A stretch of 64,000 bases of DNA from Botryllus schlosseri (Eukaryota). A program made the translations under genes and the position numbers. The stretch is from NCBI GenBank assembly GCA_051294905.1, contig CM119371.1:372001-436000 (forward strand). The letters are read 5' to 3'. Each line of letters begins with the position of its first letter. Position 1 is the first letter of the stretch. Of the stretch, positions 52,901 to 64,000 are shown one piece after another. A model generated the notes under the pieces. It worked only from the letters and a program-made list of their open reading frames with translations. It was not told the DNA's origin and searched no databases.

Positions 52901-55900
52901 TCCTTATAATAGCAAACAATTCAACGGGATGACGGCTTGAACTCTACTGTAGTCAAACAACCTACGCATTCAAATCCATTCAACCAGTAATTTGTGCCGC
53001 AGACCTTTCCTCTTCGGAAATATATAGGTTCGACGTGACATTTATGGCATTACCATTGTTTTCGTCGATTTGTGAAGCTTTATGCGACTGTTTTGAAAAT
53101 GCATATTCGAAATAGTTTCATGAAATTGCATCGATTGAACATGAAATAGTCCGTTTGAATTCTAAAACGAATAGCAGTAATTCTGCTCTGCACGTCTCAA
53201 TTTTATTCTGACGATTGACTCTTGTACACGTGTAACAATGTTGCATCTACTGCCTTTTCTCCCACTCCCTGAAAAACAAATAACTCTGAATAAATCACTA
53301 TCCCAGTTAATCAATTACGTCAGTAAATTATTCGGACTATGAGCAGAAAAGTAACTGTTCGCACGAGTATGTCATAACAATGCACAAAATAGAATTCGAA
53401 TAGCTGTAGAGTATCTGGGATCAGAGTCGAATAAATCGTAGGGATTGAATCTACAGGACGATTTGGCATTTAAATTTTCGCGAGACGATTCTCAGGTATC
53501 GTCGGCACACAATCCAATATACGGTAACATATTTGGTCAGTACACGAATTTCATGAAAATAAACCTGCAGACAACACATCGTATCGCGGGAGCGGTATTG
53601 GCTGGGACGGTGTACTTGCTAGAGGACTTAGTTAACAGTTAACATTTCGATTACGGAAATTGTAGTGCAGTTAACAATATCGAGTATCAATGACACTCGA
53701 AAAGTAGCTATCGGCTTGTTTTATGGAAAGTCTAAAATATAGGTGACGATAAGCGTACTTCTGTCAGATTTTGGATAATTAGATAAATTCCAGTTGTCCA
53801 ATTAGACTAATTAGAGCAAATGCAGGTAATCTGACTTGAATCTATTTTGTGAAATGATTCTCTTCACTAATTCTAATCTACTTGGGGAAAAAATTATATT
53901 TTCTCGTTTTAATTCAAACCCGATCTCTGGTTTTCCAGTAAATACTACTGAGATAATTGTATAGTGCAAAGTAAGCCAAGATTGTTGTACAGAGTTTTGA
54001 TGTTATCATGCTCATAAAAATGAACCACGATTTGATAATAACGGAACTGGATTGAACGACCTAATTTTTGCGTCTTCAGTAGGCCTAATTCTAATTCTAA
54101 TCTAATTTGGAAAAATGTATCGCCATAAATATAGTTTTAAAGTATTTTGAAAAAAGTAACGCGATGATTAAATTCTACTATAGTTTGGAAAAAACTGTGT
54201 AGCGTCAATTCTAATTCTACTCTATGTTGGAAGAAATTGTAACTGTAATTCTAGTTCTTATCTAATTTACAAAAGCAGGAAATCTTCTAAATGACCGAGT
54301 CTAACTGAAAATTAATCTGATCTTGTCGATTTGCGGCACAACTCTTGAGCACCTTTTTTTCAAGGCGATGGATGGGTGTGGAAAATTAGTAAGTTGTCAC
54401 TTGCGATTACCTGATAAAAGTATTCGAAAACCCGTCCAGTAATAATATTTGAAATTCACATGCTCTAGCACTTTTCAAAGCTTCATTTACACACCAACGG
54501 TTCACAACCTTTTTTTAGCCACGCCCCCCTTTATGATAGTGAAAAATCTCGCGCCCCCTTATCGTCATTTCACGAAATCCAACCGGGATGCTCATGCTAG
54601 CAACTTTAACAGATTTACTGGTGGGTGGCATGGAAGGATATTACTGTTTATGGGAGAATTAAAAAATAGGAAATTCGGTCTATATATAGAGAAACGCGTG
54701 TAAATTTGAGGTAAATCGTGCATAGCGGGAAATTTTTCTAATTGACCGCTTCTTCGCGCCCCCCTTCAGATACTTTCACACCAACCAAAGAGGACCCGTC
54801 CCCCAGGTTGGGAACCATTGATTAACACTATTGACACAGGCTCCCGATTAAAAAAATGTACAGGACCGCTCCAACTTCTGTTCGAGTATTTCGATAGTTT
54901 CTATAAAATTGATGCAACTAAATACTACGACCATTGACTCTATTTATTTCACATCAAGCAGCTTAACAATCTAGACGTATTAATTTTCGACCTATGTCGT
55001 GTTGACATATAAATTATTCGAGTATCTCATCAAATCGCACGTTTTCTAATATAACAAATATTTCTCCCAAGAAAATGATATCGGCTTGGTCTGAGTAAAG
55101 CAAGTAATCATGCATTGAAGTGACGCATTACTGCCGAAGATCAACTTTACTATTGCTCATTAGTGGAGATGGTCAGTAACCAAGTACTTCTACTTTTTCA
55201 AAGTACAAAAGTACGTGTTGTCCACTTTCACTACTTACTGAAGCATTTACAATCCTGATTACTTTTATTTCTACTTCACAATTTTCATTTTTTTAGCAAA
55301 ACTAGGAATGATGTGATAAGTTTGTTGCAACTCGATCTAGAATGATGTATGACAACGCTGTTACATTATTGCAGGAAAAGCAAAGTTTTTGTTATCACAG
55401 ATACATGTTGTGTACCGCGTGTCATCGTTATGACGTCACTTTCCGACATCACAATAAATATTATTGTATAATAATTGAATATTACACAGAGCGTGTCACA
55501 ATATTTCTAGGATGTTGTTTGAAACCGGATTTGCATGAGAATGGATCGACGATGAAATGGAGGAACAAATCTCAACTCTAATTTTAGAACAGTCAGACTT
55601 TGTAACATCTACTCACCTATTATAAAAATCGTAGTCGAGTCGCTGCCAGGCATCTTTAACAAGCATAAGGAATTGCGGCACTAAAATGGAAAAGAATTTA
55701 GAGATATTAGATATTCGTTAGTAAAAGTTGTATGCATCCTATGAATTGTGCTCTGTTGCTGAACCTATTGCGTAATATCTGAAAAAGTCACCGGATTGAA
55801 GAGAGTTGAAATAATCAAAAGTATAAATGAATTGCCTTCTACGATACACGGCGGTTAGTTATGGTAAATACGCATACTGAGCCTGCGCTTATCTACTATT

Positions 55901-58046
55901 TTAAATCCGAATCATGTTCCTGATGATGCATTCAAATCCAAGTACAAATCCATAATTTATTTTGTCCCGCGTCCATATCCACGTCCAATCCGGTAATGGT
56001 GGAAACTTGGTCAAAAAGTCGCATGAAAATGGAAAGTTACGAGAATTTCTATTTCAAAGTACAGATGCCAATACATCTTCGAACGAATCACAAGTAAACA
56101 TCCAATCAAAATCCAGGTACAAGAGACGCGTGACCTAAATACGATACATATGTATAAAGTGGAGTAATAAAAATCGTTATATTATTTGTTTTAGTTTCCG
56201 TTCGAAAGCGGTGGCTTTCGAAGGGAAAATTTCTGCGGCAAAAATGTTTTTCGCACTCTCAACTTTCATTTTAGACTACATTATATTTAGAGCACAGTGC
56301 CCTTTTAATGTGTTATGGTTATGTCAGTGGACAGTGAAAGGAGAAATCACACACCATATGATGCCCCCGCAGTACAATGCATATTACACATATCTAATCC
56401 AATTAGATATGGGAATGAGAAAAAGTGACTCTAATCCATTTGTCAAACATTCCCTACAATATGCAGCTAATTATTTACGTATTGTCAATCGATTCAAATC
56501 ACTAAAATTATATTTGATTTATATTCGCACCGGATCCACGTTCTGCGAGATACTTTCACAGAACGGATATGCACTCGCATATTTGTTTTCGTATCAAATG
56601 TAAATCGAACAAAGTCATACCGAATGCTATTTTAAGATTTATAGTACCTACTTGATTAGGTTGGACTAAACGATTTCAGAAATAATGTAATGTCGTTGAT
56701 TATAATTCAGTTCTACCGAAAAGAATGCACAATGTATATGAATGATGACATGATTCGTATCAACGCCAATATAAAAAGTGGGATGCTGGTCACATAAAAC
56801 CACGCATCCTGCAGAGAGGTGGTCAATAACGAAGTAACTCTACTTTATCAGACTATTCAAGTAGTGCTGTCTACTTACATCGCTTAATCGAGGGGTTATC
56901 ATTTTAGACTACTTCTGTTTCTACTTCTAGTCACAGTAGTTAGTCAAAACTACTTACTTTATACAAAATTGATTTTGAAAGTTTTGAGTTGTTCCAAGCT
57001 CAGTATTCGTCATCGTTTTCAGTGAAATTCTTATAGGAGCCGCCTTAAATAGCCCATCACGGTGACTGCATGAACGTATTTATAAAGATTCCACTCACCT
57101 GCAGTGTCATTAGTCATTTTGCATTAGCCGTGAAGACATATCTTGCAATTTCGAAAGTAGATATCTCCTATGAACTGTTAAAAGTATGCGGCCTTAAGAC
57201 CAAATCTACTTTTTGAAACTACTTATTTCACTACATTTCAGACTAATACATTTTCTACTTCCACCTCAAGTCAATTTGTGATTTCTTGGGAATTGCTACT
57301 TCTACTTGTACATCAGCATCAGCTTACGGCGCTATTTATTGTTCTACACGAGTCTTAACTCTGACTACTTTGACTGCCTCTAATCATTCATGAACTCGTG
57401 TTAGCAACTCTCAGAACCAATCGGAGTCCGCTTGGTCACCAGATGCCGTAAATAGACTTCATGCAGTATTAATTTTGTTCCATAGTTATGCAAGTATATG
57501 AAAGTGCTTTACAAGTTTCTTTGACTCATCGTCCCCTTATTAAGCTCGATATATCTTTATCACGCCCCATAATGGTAGAAGTACTATCAGCAGCGAAATA
57601 GTTGTGCTTTTCTGTAGTACTTATGGTTATATACTTGTTTCGCTTACTCAAGTAGTTTTGTTCGTATACTAACTCTACGTCAACAATTTTTTTTATTGTG
57701 AATACTAATTTATGCATACTTGACATTGTCAAGTGAAGTAGATTTGGACGCACTTCAACGATGCCTTGCTTCGAAATTGATATGCAAGCTCACAATCAGC
57801 AACGTGTGAGAGATCATGCCTGAATTCCCTACTACAATTAATCGTATTAAGTATGGGATGTCGAATGAAACTAAAATTCATGAATACCGTGCGTTATCAC
57901 ATAATACTGGAACGACACTATGTCATGCATGAAACTAAAGCCTCATGATTTCTAGCGTTAGTAACGAATTGGACCTGTTCCGTGAATTGACCATTTCATT
58001 CAAAGTGATCGCGCTTATTTAATATAGCCTACTTAATAAAACGCAT

Positions 58047-58274
58047 CTAAGATACGATGCAGCCAAACAATGACTCACGTTCTAAAACTTCCAACTCAGT
58101 ATCGAGATCATTTGCAATCTTCTGGACTTTCTGCAATTCGGCTCCTTTCAACATATCACTTTTACTGTAGTATATCAATGTTACTTTCTTCAAATTGGAG
58201 TTGTTGATGAGAGACAAAATATCATCGAGTGAAGCACTAGATCCAAAGTGTAATATGCATCGGATATATTCGAT
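58047..58274 (-). CDS. Candidate terminal exon ending in CaaX motif (CIVS*)
   Basis: ttctcactgcag acceptor, then open frame IEYIRCILHF...LKKVTLIY...LFGCIVS-stop; upstream exons not securely identified. Confidence 0.4.
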   Translation of the reverse strand: MEYIRCILHFGSSASLDDILSLINNSNLKKVTLIYYSKSDMLKGAELQKVQKIANDLDTELEVLERESLFGCIVS

Positions 58275-58659
58275 CTGCAGTGAGAAATTATGACTAATAA
58301 TATTGTGTATTACAATGATGCTTACCACTATTGTTGCCCATTTCACAAGGGGCCATCATGTATTACAATACACTTTGGATCACCAGTTTGGACGGTTTAG
58401 TCTGGCCCGCTAGGCGATTCTGAAAAAATGGCCGTGTTATCCGACACATTTCTAATGCATGTTGAGATTTCTAGTTGGAAACACTTCCATTCTCTCAAGT
58501 CAGAAAATGTCGAGCATGTTCATAGGACACATTATAACCATCCGACCGTGGTGTTGAGGTTACACTGTAGTCACCATCAGCAACAAGTCACTGCCATATG
58601 GACACTAGTGTAACCATAGATCCTCTTTTCTTTTTTGACTTTTTTAAAAGTGATCTGGC

Positions 58660-60193
58660 AACTGTAGATGTGCTAATTTTTTTTTCCAAATATTATCGGC
58701 TTACTTGTCAAATTGTTTAAAACAGCGTTGTACACCAAATTTGACCCATCTCCAGCCAGTGGAAGCTGAGGTCGGTCAAATTGAAATTGAAATAATAGTA
58801 TTTACGGTGACCAATTTTGTCACACAGACATGATCAAAAATAGTGTTCCAGGTACGCCCCGTGGCAGGGATGTCTTTTTCACTTGTTTTCATCTTGATAC
58901 AAGCCTAGGGTGGCTTTTGGATTAAGACATCGCCAGTAAACGAAACAAATATACGACACGGACTACCTGGAAATTGGTCCACTTCGTTGAAATAGACATG
59001 TCAAAACGATGGTGAGATAATTTTCAAATAGAGTAGGCCTACTTTACACACCGAAATTAACAACCACGAAAAGAAAATGAACTAAGGAGCAGCTAAAATC
59101 CAAGTAAATATATTTCTCAAGTTATCTATATTGTTGGTCGGTCCAATGTAAATTTCCTCACGATACAATTTGATATTATATTATATTTTATTATTTGATC
59201 TGCACCACTCCTACAGTACTATCAACTTATAGGCACCGTGACAGATCTTCTTCCTATCAAAAGTTATCGTCCTCTATTCATGCCACCCTCCTCCATATTC
59301 GGTTACTGTAATCTAATTGAGTCCATATATCGTGGTAAAACACCAATGCCTTTTATAACTCTATGACAAGGGGGTCCTGGTGACATTAAAAGAACAGAAA
59401 ATTACTAATGTGCTAAATAAGCTCACTGGATTACCATTTGGTTTCCATGAATCTCGCATATGTGAAGTATCAGAAATGTTTTTCAACTCATAAATACTAT
59501 TCAGTGGCATAGCCCGTTCTGAATTACAATCGGTACCATTTTCAACGCCCTGGATCAGTCAATGTCAAACAGTAGAGAAATATCCGAACACTGAGCTGCT
59601 GAGGAATGCAACGGATGTCTCTGTGGATGAGGTTTTGGTAATGGCGACTTTGCAATCGGTAAAAACTTTGAATCAAGGCAGAGAGTATGCCCTGCATAAC
59701 TGGGATAGATTTCATCAAATATAAATTTGCCTGACAAAAATACTTCCAGATAGGATTATCACTTGAGAAATACATTTACATGTATTTTATTTTCTTGTCA
59801 GTTCATTTTCTTTTCGTGGTCGTTTATTTTAGTGTGTTAAGTACTATATTTGAAAATTATCGCACCATCGTTTTAACTCAATTTTCAGGTAATCCGATGT
59901 CGTCATTCAAACCCCACCCTAGGACCTTGTCAAGATCAAATCAAGCGGAGAAGACATTCCTGCCACTTCAGGCGTACCTGAAAAACGATTTTTGGTCATG
60001 TCGGTATGACGAAATCGGTCACCGCAAATACTATTACTTCAAAAATGACCGAAATTTCAATTTGAGTGACCTCGGCTTCTACTGGTTGGAATTGAGTCAA
60101 ATTTGGCGTGCAACATTTTTTTAGGTAACCTGACAATTTGACAACCAAGCCGCTAAAATTTGAAAAAAAAAAAAGTTTTTTTCAACACCCCTA
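58660..60193. mobile_element. Element with ~450-bp inverted arms (58660-59122 / 59761-60193) around a ~640-bp core
   Basis: Arms pair, e.g. atttacggtgacc/ggtcaccgcaaat, cacgaaaagaaaatgaact/agttcattttcttttcgtg, tttctcaagt/acttgagaaa; right end acccta; related to 31630-32110. Confidence 0.75.
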
Positions 60194-60854
60194 AGGAGCA
60201 CGCTCAAATGACCTCTTTTTGAGAATTTGTCCTCTTTTTTGAAAATTATGGTAAAATGTATGTGAAAATTCAACTGGAAATAAGTACTGAAGTAACGTTC
60301 CGGCAGGTCTTTCGAGAGTTGAGCCAGAAAGGTGACCTTTTTTATTCGACTAACGACAAACATGGATTAAATTAACCATTTTTTCCGGATTTTACTCCGG
60401 TATTGTAAGTATGAATTTTTTTAAAGGTGTCCTTTTCAGATTCCCAAAATGTGGTAACCCTAATTGACACTAAATTCCGAGATTACCATTAAAAAAAAAA
60501 CATTGCAATCTGCCAATGTATATCGTCGATAAAGCCTCAATTTATTTTTTGTGTAAAACGAGGGCATTGATTTTGAAGTAATCTTTGGAATCATTTTACT
60601 GGTCAAGCCCGCGAGTGCTCTGAAGGTTAGAATTTGACCAGCAACACCAGTTGAATTTGACACCCCTGCTTTAGATGAGCAAATTACCAGGAATCACGAA
60701 CTCCGCAACTGCGGTGGATATCTCGTGCATGGAATATAAGTTTATTCATGTGGAGGGGACTCGTACTGTGTGGCAGAATTCAATGATAAACGTGCGATGG
60801 TGGGAGAAGAACGTTCAATATATCCAATGAAACTAATACTGGATGATAAGTACT

Positions 60855-63800
60855 ACCTTCTTTTGCTGACAAGCTTCTAACATCTTCCTCAAATCAGCTG
60901 CTTCTCTAATGTAAAACATGGCATGGATATTGCCAAAAACGGAAATTGCTGTCCTGCGCTCCAAAATTCGGCTGTAATCCTGGTCAGGTATCAGGCCATT
61001 CACGGCAATATCCAGGAGATCCAACTAAAATGCGAAAAACAGTTATTCCCAGACTTTAAGCTAGCCCGCCGAAGAGATGATTGGGTTCGAAGTCATATAA
61101 AATGATAGGTGAATATAAATGCGTTTAAAAATACTTTGGGAATAGAATCAGGAATCATACTTGATACTTTTTCAAGCAAGTCTCAATCAACAACCAATCG
61201 ACGTTTTCTTTTTTGTGCAACCGAGCAGGATCTTGCTTATCTGAACACAATATCAGTTTCATTAGGTAATATGACGTAGTTGCCTCGATGTTCTCCCATT
61301 TGAATAAATATTCATATTGGTAAAGTTCAATACTGATTTACTAGAATTCTTCGGTTCTCCATATTGCATATGCTACATCGGTTTCAGTCTCAGTCCAGAG
61401 TATGATTTCTTTTTAAATATACTTATGAATATTCTATCCATTGTACAAACGTATAATATAGAAGGTGGTAGACAAACTTGTCACCGTCGGTACTCAAGTA
61501 GACGTAAAATTAGCGATAAACGATAAGGTAAAATATAATCATTGTAGGCCTAGTTTTGCGTAAAAATGAAATCTGCCAAATAGAAGTAGTGTGAAATCTT
61601 AACCCATGGAGTACGTCAGACAAGTAGGATAAATCTACCTGAAGTACTACGACAAGTAGAAGTACTTCGTTAGCGACCACGTCTAGATAAATGTTGTAAG
61701 GAAAGCTGGATAGCCTATGTAACGATGTCGCTTATGTTTACGCAAACGTCGAATTTTACCGAACAGTAAAACATATTGGAAACTGCGTCAAAACTGACAC
61801 GGACAGAAGCATACCCTATTTTAAATTTTATTTACCTTCTTTGGAAACCTAGATTTCGAGCAGGCATTGTTGCTTTTCACCTCAGACTACACAAATGATT
61901 GAGCGCTACATCATGAGATGTTCAGTAACAATCTGCTTCTACTTCTTAAAAGTATGTGGTTGATATAACGATTTCACTTATGAAATTGATGCAAAATTAT
62001 GCCTGAAAGGGGCACTGCACTCTAAAACTGATGTGGTCTCAAATTGAGGGGTGAAACGAAAATGAAAATTTGGCAGCAGCCATTTTCTTCAGAGCGCCGC
62101 CGTAATGGAGCTGTAATTTATTGAAATTTCCACAGGACCTTCACGCTCCAACAGTCATGCAGAGATTGAACTTTATATAGTTGTCAGACAATGTGATGAA
62201 GGAAATATGTCTTACGCCTCAAGGTGGTTTAGATACCGTGTTAAACGGAAGATGCTCGGTCCAGGAGATGTAAGTCAAAATCGGGCTTAGTGTATTCTAT
62301 TTCTTTAGGACAGAAATAGACCATGTCTAACAATTTTTATACATAAACAATGTTTTATTCATAAGAATAGGACATGATTTTAGACTACTTTCACGCAAAA
62401 TTACTTACTTTTCATGGATTGGATTTCGAGAAATAGAAAGTAGTTATGTGTTACGTTTGTATCACTGTGATGCGTGAAATCGTCTTAAGAAATCGAAATC
62501 GACATCATGGTGACTGTTGAATCTAATTTCCAAGATTATACAAATTCGCAATAATAATCATTTTTAGTTACTCGCAGAGACTCATCTTGTAATTTACAAA
62601 GTAACCGCTAGCGATAAATCACCAAACACTTACGAACGATCAACTAAAACTATTTTTCGAAACTCAAGTACTTAGAAAGGTACTTTTCAAACTTGTCACT
62701 TCCTACCTCCACTTGGACAGTTTTAACATATCGTGAACACGTCCATTTCTACATATAATTGCATTTAAATTGAAACCTTTCTTCACGATTAACAATGTAC
62801 AATCGAGATTCGATTCACAATACTAGATATGAAAGTAGAGTGAGAAATTGAGAATGGAAGTTTTTATCGAACAGTGAAGAGCGGATTTGAAATTTCAAAA
62901 TACGAATCCTCTTCAAATAAAGAATTAATTTTGTCTTAACTCCAAGTCCAAATCCGATTACGGCTGAAATTTTTCCAAAGTATCATGGAAATTGAACAAT
63001 ATCAGGTAATATTTTACAATAATATTATAGGAAATGTATCTAATACCTTGTTTAATTTAAACTCAGATATCTTCCGCAAATCATCCTGCTTGGCCAACAG
63101 TTGTATTTGTTCTTTAAATTCGATAAAATGAGCATTAAAAAGTATTCCAAGAAATGCAACTTCTGCTACGGCATGAGCCCGGTTGAACGTCAGATTGGAA
63201 TCCTGCAAAATAAAATGTCAGTTACCGTACGTCACAATTTGCACCAATAAGACACACTCAGAGGTACGATCTACATGAGCAGATTATTGTTACTACTGAA
63301 GGCTAGTGCGGGTGAAGCGATGGCTATGATGCTTGCTTGTTGGAAAATGCGATGTGAAAGAACCGCAATCCTACCATTTTAAAAAGATGGTAACTAACAT
63401 TTCGAATAGACTTGATAATCAAAGTACGGTGCCGACAATTTTTACATAAATTCAGCAGGTAAAAAACTCTTTACTTATAAAATCAGCACAAGTTGTTAGC
63501 TTACTATTCTCAACAAAAGCATCTCGTCTTCATGACGCTTCTGATTACGTCATAAGCTACATCCTGGCTATACTACACGGCAAGGTGATCGTTGTACGTG
63601 CTTAGTGTAGCTGGCAGCTTCGTACAGTAAAGTCAGTGAAATGAGCGAAACTTCATTCGAATCATTAGTATGGACTCGTTATCAAAGTTGAATAATCTTG
63701 ATATCAAACCTTGATGGTGAAGTGCCCATCAACCATTGTACCACTTATTGTGATGACGTCTTCTTCGTTCTTCAATTCAATCCCCCATATATCTGCAGAC
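60855..63800 (-). pseudogene. Decayed multi-exon gene, probably NACHT/NLR-like
   Basis: Exon after ttttgcag at ~63204: DSNLTFNRAHAVAEVAFLGIL..FIEF, then LFNFHDTLENF (FxHxxxQEF-like); exon ~61105-60855 YDFEPNHLFGGL; stops and frameshifts. Confidence 0.35.
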
Positions 63801-64000
63801 AGCTTGACTACCTGAATATTATGCAGATGTGAAACTTGGGATTGTGCATTGTATCGATCATCCAACAAATATCATGACGTCATATCTTACATACAGTAAC
63901 AACCGCAGTATCACAGATCATCATGTCATTCATGTGCTATATTTCGTTGACACGGGTCACAGATTTCACTGACGTTTTTGCCGGTGGTGGTATTTTGCTA

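Overview
AT-rich eukaryotic (animal, probably invertebrate) DNA with no clearly intact protein-coding gene. Most of the window is DNA-transposon debris: many hAT-type non-autonomous elements/MITEs, several with perfect 7-8 bp target-site duplications and frequent nesting. Embedded in it on the minus strand is an array of at least three partial, intron-containing, disabled copies of the 3' half of RBM28/Nop4 (about 13.6-45.5 kb). There are probable decayed NACHT/NLR-like gene remnants near 48-50 kb and 58-64 kb. The most unusual structures are three elements. (1) A 3.17-kb foldback element (33889-37058, 7-bp TSD) made of two inverted copies of a hAT-like transposon left end plus the 5' half of its transposase. 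(2) A 1.64-kb almost fully palindromic element with an 8-bp TSD (45908-47548). (3) A 3.0-kb TIR element (2856-5854, perfect 8-bp TSD) carrying a spliced, degenerate gene resembling the P2X7-ballast/nanor Cys-rich domain, possibly followed by an OTU-like domain. All protein assignments are by-eye motif recognition; no database searches were run.
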